Shown one piece after another: positions 1 to 7,913 of a DNA stretch of 20,000 nt. This stretch comes from an uncultured virus (IMG/VR IMGVR_UViG_3300030117_007285) (Duplodnaviria; Heunggongvirae; Uroviricota; Caudoviricetes). Where the stretch lies: the IMG/VR virus record IMGVR_UViG_3300030117_007285, positions 55,593 to 75,592 of that record; one strand, given 5' to 3'. How positions within the stretch are numbered: position 1 is the first letter of the stretch; the number at the start of each line of letters is the position of its first letter. The translations under genes and the position numbers were made by a program. The notes under the pieces are model-generated. The model saw only the letters and a list, made by a program, of their open reading frames with translations, made no database searches and was not told the origin of the DNA.

Positions 1-1
1 C

Positions 2-265
2 GTAAAAATACCAATTGAATACTCCGTGCGAATGACATTTAATGTGCTGCATGACCATGTTGTTGGATGGTATGATAACAAATTTGCTGGAGATGGAAGA
101 TTAAACTGGCCGTACAATACAGGACTATCCTCCAATATAACAGCTGGTGGACCAGGAGGCACCGGTGCCAACAACACGGCACCCGGCGGTGTACCCATTC
201 CGGGCTCTCCTGATGCAGTTTCTGCTGGAGGATTTCAAGGTGGGGGGCCTGATTTAATATTTTAA
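2..265 (+). CDS. 3' end of a putative tail/baseplate structural protein (partial, open at the 5' end)
   Basis: The frame is open from base 2 (VKIPIEYSVRMTFNVLHDHVVGW...) to TAA at 265 and has a Gly/Pro-rich tail. It lies directly upstream of the LysM/gp53-like gene, so the product call is contextual. Confidence 0.45.
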   Translation, partial: VKIPIEYSVRMTFNVLHDHVVGWYDNKFAGDGRLNWPYNTGLSSNITAGGPGGTGANNTAPGGVPIPGSPDAVSAGGFQGGGPDLIF

Positions 266-276
266 GGTGACATACT

Positions 277-615
277 ATGAGTTCAAGATATAGAAAAAGA
301 AACATATTGATTAATAATGATGACTCTTATAATCAACAATTTAAAAATAGAGGTGTAAATTCCATTGAACATTTTGCCACAGCGGAATTAAAATACCCAA
401 AATCAACAGAGTTGGAAGGAGTCACCATACATACTGAGAACTACTCTGTTGGTGATCGCTATTATAAGTTTGCCCAAAAATATTATGGAGATCCAAATTA
501 TTGGTGGGTTATTGCTCATTATAATCAAAAGCCAACTGAGAATCTATTTAACATTGGGGATGTTGTTTACATACCCACACCTTTAACTAGAATTTTAGAA
601 ATACTAGAGGGTTAA
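277..615 (+). CDS. LysM-like baseplate wedge protein (T4 gp53 / P2 gpX-like)
   Basis: GDRYYKFAQKYYGDPNYWWVIAHYN...IGDVVYIP fits the LysM-like pattern of contractile-tail wedge proteins. RBS AAGGTG upstream. Confidence 0.75.
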   Translation: MSSRYRKRNILINNDDSYNQQFKNRGVNSIEHFATAELKYPKSTELEGVTIHTENYSVGDRYYKFAQKYYGDPNYWWVIAHYNQKPTENLFNIGDVVYIPTPLTRILEILEG

Positions 616-616
616 T

Positions 617-3088
617 ATGGCAGCACCTACATTATCTGATTACATAAAAAGAAAAGCGCTTCAAGTTTCAAATATTCAAACTCTTATAAGCTATTACGGG
701 GAGCTGTATCAATATTATTCTGATCTCCTACCAGATAACAAGTATATACATTACCTAGAGGAAAATACCTTCACTGAGGGGTTTAGCACAATGCCTCCAG
801 CCACTAGTAAATTCTTAGCGTTACGACCAGATCAGATGAATCTTTTACAACCTTATGTTAGAATTTTTAAAAAATTTAAGTTACCAGGTGGAAAAACTGA
901 AAAATTAGAATTCCCATTCGAAAACAAAACCGATTTGACTTCTCTTGAAGATCCACAAACTTACATTGGCGAGCCTTTTCCTTTTGTAGCTCAGAGGTTC
1001 AATGGTCCAACTGCTTTGCTGTCTGGAATAAGTATTACAGAGGGCGGCATTGACGGTCACGCAGTAACCACAAGAGATACAGACTGGGTTAGAGTTAATT
1101 TTGATTTATTTTTTCAAGATGCAAAACTTTTGTTTAAAAATTGGGGCACAAAAGATAAACCTTTAAGATACAAAGATTTGTTTTCGGTACCCGGCACAAC
1201 TAATTCATATAGTATTGTTTTAGAAATTGGATATAATGCCCCTGACGGTGCTGATGGGGATGTTAAAGTATCATCACAATCAAGAGCAGTTTATGAATTA
1301 TATACTTATGGCATGCCAGCAAGCTATGACTACGAGGAAACTGGAGAACTCTCTTTAAAATTTGAGCTTCAAGGTAACTTTGAAAGAATCCATGATTCAA
1401 TAAATTTATTAGATCAAAAATACTATAAACAAGTAAAAAAAGTAAACAATATGATTGTTTTAGAGGACGATGCGAAAACTTCAGTCGAGGAATACGAAAA
1501 AGAAATAAAAAAACTAACTGATAAAGAAGCCGGCTTAAAAAAAGAATTACAACAAGAGAAAACTAAACCAAATAAAAAACCCACGCTTAAAAATTCTTTG
1601 TTAAAGACACAACAGAATATTAAACAAAAAAGAAATTTAGTTCAAATAGCTAAGTCATCTGGAGCAACTCCTGCGAGTTTTCCGTTTATCACGGCATTGT
1701 ATCAGGCAGGTCTGATTTATTATTTTGAATTAGACAATGATACTTATAAAGATTACGTTAAAAAGATAGCCAAAGGCGAACCGGTTGATGTCTCTGATGT
1801 TACTTATTTACCTAAAAGAAAACAAAAAACTAGGCTAGAACCAATTGATTTTTTGAATAAAAATCCAAATACCAGTGCATACTTTAGTCAAACTTTAAGA
1901 ATAAAAAAATTTAATACTGATGACAAAGATGATTCTAGTGCGGAAAAAATTAAATATTTTTATTTTGGAGACTTGGTACAAGTCATATTAAATAATGCCA
2001 AAGGGACTGGTGTTGGTCAAGACCTAGACCAAATCGGCTCAAGTGAATTTGCTTATCTGTTTGGTCAAATAATGTGGATTAAAAATGAAAAAACAAAAAT
2101 ATTGTACAATATCTTAAATACACCCATATCTCTAGATATGTTTTTATTTGAAATAAACAGAGAAGTTTATCAAAAAAATCTAAATTTTATGTCTTTAACT
2201 TATTTTTTTACAACGTTCATGAAAAGATTTTTTGACTTAACAATTTTTGCCTATGAAAAAGCAGTTTCAGGCCAACAAAATCAAAAGTATTTTGCAGGCA
2301 CATCATACGTGCTTGATAAGGATAAATTCAATTCTGGCTCAAAATTCAAGAGAAAATTATATGATTTTGTTCCCACGTCAGATACAAGAGATACGATTGC
2401 GGCAAGATTGATAACAGCTATGCCGCTAGAAAGCACACTAACACCTCAAATAGCAAAAAAAAGAAATATACCTAAGTTTTACTTGGGCGGACCAGATAAA
2501 GGTCCTTTAAAAAGACTTAGTTTTTCAGTATCGCCCCTACAACTTCAAGCTGAATATCTTCTCGCAAAAAAAATGAGAGCGAACGCTGGTGTTAAAGGTA
2601 AAACAGTAAGTGACCCAGATTTTGATTCAATGTTGATTAGTTCTAGCACTAGATTGAGTCTAAGTTTACTTGGAAACGTGTTTTTTAAGATAGGTGATTA
2701 TATTTTTGTGGATAGTCGATTTGTTGACGGCGGATTTTTTACCCAAGAACAAAACAATATATTTTTTAGTGGATATTTTGGAATATATTCAATATCTCAT
2801 CGGTTTACCGCCAGAGGGGAGTGGTCAACTCAAATCGATGCTGAATTTATTAGCCAATCTCTAGAAATTAACCCGTCTTACAAAGCGTTTGCTGGGGATG
2901 TACCAAGACCTCAAAGTGTAGACGTCGCTGACGGAGCTAATCTTGGCAGACAAGAACTAATTGATATGTCAAAAACTGAATCCACTGTCGACAAAAAAGA
3001 TAGTACCGCGATTGCAAAAGCGCAAGCTAGTTCTGCCGGGAGCGATGAACCAACATCACCGGCGCCGCCTTCGGTACCTAAAAAATAA
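617..3088 (+). CDS. Large virion protein, probable baseplate hub (gp27/gpD-like C-terminus)
   Basis: 823 aa. The C-terminal LSLLGNVFFKIGDYIFVD...SGYFGIYSISHRFT..GEWSTQIDA resembles the terminal beta-barrel of hub proteins. It follows the LysM-like gene and has a central coiled-coil segment. Confidence 0.55.
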   Translation: MAAPTLSDYIKRKALQVSNIQTLISYYGELYQYYSDLLPDNKYIHYLEENTFTEGFSTMPPATSKFLALRPDQMNLLQPYVRIFKKFKLPGGKTEKLEFPFENKTDLTSLEDPQTYIGEPFPFVAQRFNGPTALLSGISITEGGIDGHAVTTRDTDWVRVNFDLFFQDAKLLFKNWGTKDKPLRYKDLFSVPGTTNSYSIVLEIGYNAPDGADGDVKVSSQSRAVYELYTYGMPASYDYEETGELSLKFELQGNFERIHDSINLLDQKYYKQVKKVNNMIVLEDDAKTSVEEYEKEIKKLTDKEAGLKKELQQEKTKPNKKPTLKNSLLKTQQNIKQKRNLVQIAKSSGATPASFPFITALYQAGLIYYFELDNDTYKDYVKKIAKGEPVDVSDVTYLPKRKQKTRLEPIDFLNKNPNTSAYFSQTLRIKKFNTDDKDDSSAEKIKYFYFGDLVQVILNNAKGTGVGQDLDQIGSSEFAYLFGQIMWIKNEKTKILYNILNTPISLDMFLFEINREVYQKNLNFMSLTYFFTTFMKRFFDLTIFAYEKAVSGQQNQKYFAGTSYVLDKDKFNSGSKFKRKLYDFVPTSDTRDTIAARLITAMPLESTLTPQIAKKRNIPKFYLGGPDKGPLKRLSFSVSPLQLQAEYLLAKKMRANAGVKGKTVSDPDFDSMLISSSTRLSLSLLGNVFFKIGDYIFVDSRFVDGGFFTQEQNNIFFSGYFGIYSISHRFTARGEWSTQIDAEFISQSLEINPSYKAFAGDVPRPQSVDVADGANLGRQELIDMSKTESTVDKKDSTAIAKAQASSAGSDEPTSPAPPSVPKK

Positions 3089-3109
3089 TTATTTTATTCT
3101 ATTTAATTT

Positions 3110-4396
3110 ATGTTCAGTAATAATTTTTCTAAGCCATCTGAGTTTTTCAAAAGTAAAAGCGAGTACGATAAATCAATACCACCAGATATTGATCTTAAAA
3201 CCATTGATATGTGGTATAATGTGCCTTATTTTGGCAAAATAGACTCTTTTGGTGTACCAGTTTTTCCAAGAGAAGTATTATTAGGTAATTTAGACACTGA
3301 TGGTAAATTTCAAGCTCTAAAGTTTGTATGTCGTGCGTTTAAAACCTTAGAATCTAAGGTTAACAGATCAAAATCAAAAAATGCTATAGAGCCAAGTTTG
3401 TTAGGCACATTTACTCCTAAAAAAGCTTGGGAGTCTGCTACAGAGTTATTTGATAAATATTTTGAGAACAATATATATAATGCTTTTCTAAACAATTTCT
3501 TGAACAATAAAAGAATAAGCTCATTTAACTGTTTTGTCAAGGAATACATAAATTTTTGTAAATTAGTTGCAGAAGATGTATCTTTAACATTCCCTAGTTT
3601 TATATTGAGCAACAATTGTACCAATAGAATATCTGGATTAATAATTGATTTGTCTAATGATCCTCATGATGATGCAGCAAAAAAAATTAATGACTATTTT
3701 AGTGATGATCAGTATATTACATTTTTAAATCTATGCGAGAGTTATGGATTTAAAGTTAACAGAAACGCTCCATGGCAATTAGTTGCTGATTTATCCAACC
3801 TACAGATGAGAGAGTTTGCAGCTGCAGAAGGTATCGATACTAGACAGAATGGTTTATTTGACACTCTATATTATAAAGATAGTGATCCGCCGCACATAAC
3901 GTATAACAATTTTAAAAGATATCTATGGCAAATGTATTCAGATTGGTTCTCTGTTAATACTACATATTCTAAAATAGAAGTAAAACATGGCTTTAACTCA
4001 TCATCGCCAATGTTTTCACAATTTAAAACTAAAAAAATAAATGAATTACCAGTTGAATTGTCACTGACTTTCTCTGAATTAGAACAATCTTATGGTGAAC
4101 TAAATTTTTTAAAATTATATTTAAAAATTAGATTAATAGAGGTTGACATAGAAAATAAATATGATATACTTGTAAATTATTTAGAACAATATTATAATTT
4201 AGCTGGTATCGAAGGTGCACTAGCTTTTGTGGATAGAAAACTAATAAAAACAAACATTTACACTTCTAACGAGCTTAAACCTTACTTTTTTGACTCTAAA
4301 GTATTGACTTCCGCTGGGTCTTCTGCTATAATAACACAGAATATCAATTCGCCACAATCAGCGAACGGTGGTGGTGGCTCAACTTCTGGATATTAA
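3110..4396 (+). CDS. Hypothetical phage protein (probably virion-associated)
   Basis: 428-aa ORF, the last gene before the promoter-marked switch to replication genes. It ends in GGGGSTSGY and has no recognised catalytic motif. Confidence 0.6.
   Translation: MFSNNFSKPSEFFKSKSEYDKSIPPDIDLKTIDMWYNVPYFGKIDSFGVPVFPREVLLGNLDTDGKFQALKFVCRAFKTLESKVNRSKSKNAIEPSLLGTFTPKKAWESATELFDKYFENNIYNAFLNNFLNNKRISSFNCFVKEYINFCKLVAEDVSLTFPSFILSNNCTNRISGLIIDLSNDPHDDAAKKINDYFSDDQYITFLNLCESYGFKVNRNAPWQLVADLSNLQMREFAAAEGIDTRQNGLFDTLYYKDSDPPHITYNNFKRYLWQMYSDWFSVNTTYSKIEVKHGFNSSSPMFSQFKTKKINELPVELSLTFSELEQSYGELNFLKLYLKIRLIEVDIENKYDILVNYLEQYYNLAGIEGALAFVDRKLIKTNIYTSNELKPYFFDSKVLTSAGSSAIITQNINSPQSANGGGGSTSGY
4143..4170 (+). 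promoter_or_regulatory. sigma70-type promoter inside ORF 3110-4396
   Basis: TTGACA (4143-4148), 16-nt spacer, TATACT (4165-4170), with extended -10 TG at 4162-4163. Confidence 0.55.
4304..4332 (+). promoter_or_regulatory. sigma70-type promoter for the replication module
   Basis: TTGACT (4304-4309), 17-nt spacer, TATAAT (4327-4332), with TGn extension. It lies about 65 nt upstream of the polA-like TTG. Confidence 0.75.
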
Positions 4397-4397
4397 A

Positions 4398-5585
4398 TTG
4401 CTTTTTCAAACATTTGATGAAAAAAATAAGTGCACCTTGGTTTATAAGAAAGGGACATTTTTAGAACAGGTAACGGACCAGTGTACTAAAACTTGGTCCT
4501 ATGCTACTTATCTACAAGATAAGGAGGTGGAATATGCTAGTCTTTACGCTATGGGCCAGTCACTGGAGCAGCTTTGCCCAGAAAATATTAGAGGGGAGTG
4601 GTCCTCCGTCCAAAGAAGAATTAAAGCGGCTTTCAAAGCAGCAAAAGAAGTAGGTTTAGACTTTGATGATTATTGTATTTATGAGTTTATTCCAAGGCAC
4701 TATTTAGAAAACTTTGCAGAAATAAAAAATAAAATTTGTGAGGATGTGTTTAATAGCTATCCAAAGCCTACAAATTATGACCATTTATTAAAAATCAATA
4801 AAGTCATCGCAGATATTAAAACAAAAAAAGTAAATATTGATCCTACAGTCATCGAAAGACTAACGGTGCAGGACAGAAACATATTTAAATTAATAAGTAA
4901 TTGTAATCCATATATTGATTACGATATGTTTAAAACTGTCACTGGTCGATTGGCAACAAAACAAAACTCATTTCCAGTGATGACACTTCCAAAAAAATAT
5001 CGTCAAGTTCTTACACCAACTAATGATTGGTTGTTTGAACTAGACTTTAATGCCTGTGAGCTGCGTGTTGCACTAGCTCTTCTTGGGCACGATCAACCAA
5101 AAGAAGATCTTCATGATTGGAATCTTAAAAACGTTTTCACCAGAACTAAAAGTAGAGAAAATGCAAAGAAAAGAATTTTTTCTTGGCTTTACAACCCAAA
5201 CAGTACTGATGATAAGGTAGATAAGATTTATGACCGTAAAATTCTAAAAGATGTGTATTTTGATAAAGTTTTAGGTAAAGTTCACACACAGTTCGGCCGC
5301 GAAATTGATTCAGATGAAGATCACGCCATTAGCTATATTATTCAATCTACAGCAGCTGATTTAGTTTTTGAGCAAATGTATAAAATTTGGGATCACTTAA
5401 AAGATAAAAAATCTTTTATTAAATTTTGTAATCATGATAGCATAGTTATCGATCTTGCAGAGGAAGACCAGCAAGACATAAATAAAATATCAAAACTATT
5501 TAGTAATACAAGATTCGGTAAATTTAAAGTAAACCATGAAGGCGGTAAAAGCTGGTCAGAAATGAAACCACTAAACATAAAATGA
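4398..5585 (+). CDS. Minimal family-A DNA polymerase (polymerase domain only, no recognisable exonuclease domains)
   Basis: Motifs TVTGRLAT, A (LFELDFNACELR), B (RENAKKRIFSWLYN), IIQSTAAD and C (NHDSIVID). TTG 4398, directly after the upstream TAA, is preferred over GTG 4368. Confidence 0.8.
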   Translation: MLFQTFDEKNKCTLVYKKGTFLEQVTDQCTKTWSYATYLQDKEVEYASLYAMGQSLEQLCPENIRGEWSSVQRRIKAAFKAAKEVGLDFDDYCIYEFIPRHYLENFAEIKNKICEDVFNSYPKPTNYDHLLKINKVIADIKTKKVNIDPTVIERLTVQDRNIFKLISNCNPYIDYDMFKTVTGRLATKQNSFPVMTLPKKYRQVLTPTNDWLFELDFNACELRVALALLGHDQPKEDLHDWNLKNVFTRTKSRENAKKRIFSWLYNPNSTDDKVDKIYDRKILKDVYFDKVLGKVHTQFGREIDSDEDHAISYIIQSTAADLVFEQMYKIWDHLKDKKSFIKFCNHDSIVIDLAEEDQQDINKISKLFSNTRFGKFKVNHEGGKSWSEMKPLNIK

Positions 5586-5592
5586 GGCGTAA

Positions 5593-6441
5593 ATGCAGAC
5601 CGTCATAGGTTTAGGTAGAGCAGGGTGTGATATAGCAGATTGCTTGTCACAATACTCGCAATATCAAATTAAAAAAATAGATGTGGGGTTAAAAAAGACT
5701 AAAACTACATTTGGTCTTAAGCATCAGAGCAGCCCTGAACTTTATGAACAAGCCATTTTGCCGAAAGGCATAAATAACTTCTTAGAGGGGGTGATGTCTG
5801 AAACTTTACTTATCACGAGTTGCGGTGCTGTCTCTGGTGCTTCTTTAAAAATTTTACAAAAAATAAACAAAAGAACTAAAATAAAATTATTATATATTAT
5901 TCCTCAAGAAGATGATCTTATATGTGAAAAAAAATTACAAAATAATTTACTTTTTAATGTTTTTCAAGAATATGCACGATCAAATGTGTTCGACCGCGTT
6001 TTTTTAGTTGACAATTCTAAGATGTCTGATATAATAGGTCCCGTACCAATATTAAGATTTTGGGATTCGATAAATAACTTAGTGGCGACAACATACCACA
6101 TGGTAAACGTATTTCAAAACACGCAACCAGTAATGACTACACAAACAAAACGTATAAATACCGCGCGAATATCTACATTTGGTTTATTAGATTCGCAGAA
6201 CAATTCAGAAAAAATGTTTTTTGATCTTGACATCCCAAGAGAAAAGAGTTATTATTATGGTGTTCCAAAAAAACAATTAGAAGAAGATCCTAATTTAATG
6301 GAGGTTATTAAAAAAAATTTAAAATTCAATATAGAGCATGAAAAAATGAAAACAACTTACTCGGTTCATTCAACCGACTATGATAAGCTTATAGCTTACT
6401 GCGAAAAAAGCAGCACTTTAATACAACAACTAGCAGTGTGA
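5593..6441 (+). CDS. Divergent tubulin/FtsZ-superfamily protein
   Basis: N-terminal VIGLGRAGCDIAD (T1 loop), KKIDVG, FLVDN and FWDSINNLVA follow the order of the FtsZ/TubZ GTPase domain. The GGGTGSG signature is degenerate (TSCGAVSGAS). RBS GAGG. Confidence 0.65.
   Translation: MQTVIGLGRAGCDIADCLSQYSQYQIKKIDVGLKKTKTTFGLKHQSSPELYEQAILPKGINNFLEGVMSETLLITSCGAVSGASLKILQKINKRTKIKLLYIIPQEDDLICEKKLQNNLLFNVFQEYARSNVFDRVFLVDNSKMSDIIGPVPILRFWDSINNLVATTYHMVNVFQNTQPVMTTQTKRINTARISTFGLLDSQNNSEKMFFDLDIPREKSYYYGVPKKQLEEDPNLMEVIKKNLKFNIEHEKMKTTYSVHSTDYDKLIAYCEKSSTLIQQLAV
6008..6035 (+). promoter_or_regulatory. Intragenic sigma70-type promoter upstream of the SSB gene
   Basis: TTGACA (6008-6013), 16-nt spacer, TATAAT (6030-6035), with TG at 6027-6028. 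Both hexamers match consensus exactly. Confidence 0.65.
6227..6255 (+). promoter_or_regulatory. Second intragenic sigma70-type promoter upstream of the SSB gene
   Basis: TTGACA (6227-6232), 17-nt spacer, TATTAT (6250-6255). Confidence 0.65.
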
Positions 6442-6456
6442 AAGATCAACGCACTG
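6434..6456 (+). promoter_or_regulatory. RNA hairpin in the SSB leader
   Basis: CAGTGTG-aaagatcaa-CGCACTG forms a 7-bp stem with one G-U pair, about 10 nt before RBS AAGGAG. Confidence 0.45.
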
Positions 6457-6480
6457 ACTTTAACTAAGGAGAAAATAATT

Positions 6481-7227
6481 ATGGCAATTAATATGGAGAA
6501 AATGCGCGCTCGCATGGAGGCGCTACAAGGAAACGGAAACAACAAAAAAAACAGTTTTTGGAAACCACAGGAGGGCGAACAGACTATCCGTTTGGTAGCA
6601 CCAGCAGATGGAGATCCCTTTCGAGATTATTGGTTTCACTATGATGTAGCGGGTGAGCCTGGGTTTCTTTCGCCAAAACGTAATTTTGGTGAGGATTGTC
6701 CACTCGATGACTATGTTCGTGCCCTGTGGCGTGAGGGTTCTGAGGAATCAAAGCGTGTTGCACGTAAGTTAGGTGCGAAGCAGCGTTTCTTTGCCCCGGT
6801 CCTTATTCGAGGGCAAGAAGATGAAGGCGTAAAAGTTTGGGGCTTTGGTAAGCGTGCTTACGAAACTCTACTTGGTCTTGTCCTTAATCCAGAATACGGC
6901 GATATTACAGATCCCAATGAGGGTACTGATTTAGTTATTGGTTATTCAAAGCCAGCAGGAGCTTCCTTTCCTGAAACTAAAATTACCCCACGCCGTCGTC
7001 CATCACTTTTGCATGAAGATGAAACACAGGCTCGCGCTCTTATGGAGTCCGTCCCTGATTTTGATGAGGTATTTTCAGATGCGCGCCGTTCCACTACGCA
7101 AGTAGCGGATATTCTTGATCGTTTCCTCAACACTGTTGATGAGGCGATATCCAATCAGCCAGTGGCAGCAGCAGCTGGATCGGTTTCGGATGTCGATAAG
7201 GCATTCTCTGAGCTACTAGGTAGCTAA
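6481..7227 (+). CDS. Single-stranded DNA-binding protein, T4 gp32-like
   Basis: FWKPQEGEQTIRLV, FHY, GEDCP, VKVWGFGK, YGDITDPNEGTDL and an acidic-hydrophobic tail (SDVDKAFSELLGS). Strong RBS. Confidence 0.85.
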   Translation: MAINMEKMRARMEALQGNGNNKKNSFWKPQEGEQTIRLVAPADGDPFRDYWFHYDVAGEPGFLSPKRNFGEDCPLDDYVRALWREGSEESKRVARKLGAKQRFFAPVLIRGQEDEGVKVWGFGKRAYETLLGLVLNPEYGDITDPNEGTDLVIGYSKPAGASFPETKITPRRRPSLLHEDETQARALMESVPDFDEVFSDARRSTTQVADILDRFLNTVDEAISNQPVAAAAGSVSDVDKAFSELLGS

Positions 7228-7233
7228 TCCTGC

Positions 7234-7260
7234 GGGGGGCTTGTCCCCCCCTTTATTTTT
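7234..7260 (+). terminator. Rho-independent terminator after SSB
   Basis: GGGGGG-cttgt-CCCCCC followed by CTTTATTTTT, just after the stop at 7227. Confidence 0.85.
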
Positions 7261-7280
7261 ATTATGAAAGGAAGAAAAAA

Positions 7281-7568
7281 TTGCTAGTAAGAGCGATTCA
7301 TTGTGAAGAGTGTAATACAACTGTATACTCAAGAGCATCAGAAGATTTAAGAGAATGTAAGTGTGGCCGAGTTAGAGTTTACGGCGGTTTCTTAAGTCAC
7401 TTTAAATATGACATAATGGGTAAAAAAACAAAGTTTAAAAAAATAAAAATGGAGATCAAAGCAACACCTGATGACTTATATGATGATTATGAAAGCATGG
7501 AAGACAGGTTTGGCTTGATCAATAAGAACACAGATAAAGAAAAAACACAAACAACATATGTTTTTTAG
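7281..7568 (+). CDS. Small Zn-ribbon-type phage protein
   Basis: CEEC...YSRASEDLRECKCGRVRVYGG (CxxC...CxCG...GG). TTG start with RBS AAGGA. Confidence 0.7.
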   Translation: MLVRAIHCEECNTTVYSRASEDLRECKCGRVRVYGGFLSHFKYDIMGKKTKFKKIKMEIKATPDDLYDDYESMEDRFGLINKNTDKEKTQTTYVF

Positions 7569-7577
7569 GAGATAATC

Positions 7578-7913
7578 GTGAAAAAATGGATAAAAGGAGA
7601 AGAAGGTTTTGATAAAGCCTTACAAGATATAGCAAATAGATATAAAGGTCTTGGGGGCGGTCCTACTAGTGAGTCTTCTGTACATGCATCAAAGCAAGAC
7701 ATAAGAGAGGGCTATGCTTGGTTTTGGTCTGATAATAGTGATGTATCTAATCTTATTCAGCGCTCTCGTGAATATATTTTAGAGATTAGAGATCATGGTG
7801 ACAATATTTCATTTAAGCTAGATAAAAGTGGCTATAGAGGCCCCATCTATGCTTTTAGACCAGACAGATTATTAAATGAAAATTTAGGAGAGGAGGAACA
7901 TGAGATTGGCTAA
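7578..7913 (+). CDS. Hypothetical protein
   Basis: 111 aa, GTG start with RBS AGGAG, fills the space between neighbours. Confidence 0.65.
   Translation: MKKWIKGEEGFDKALQDIANRYKGLGGGPTSESSVHASKQDIREGYAWFWSDNSDVSNLIQRSREYILEIRDHGDNISFKLDKSGYRGPIYAFRPDRLLNENLGEEEHEIG

Noticed and set aside
3082..3109. AAATAATT / CTATTTA as a late-promoter motif (also near 6472, 10369, 10657, 10922, 17302)
   Set aside because: Several copies include stop codons or lie in coding DNA, and such words are expected in AT-rich sequence. Genome-wide statistics are needed.
5593..6441. Evidence for a nucleus-forming (PhuZ/chimallin) jumbo phage
   Set aside because: The tubulin signature is degenerate, no chimallin or multisubunit RNAP genes are seen, and transcription appears to depend on host sigma70.
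6441..6461. T4 gene 32-style pseudoknot (loop AAAG pairing with CTTT)
   Set aside because: Only 4 bp and 1 nt from the stem, so sterically implausible. Only the hairpin is retained.
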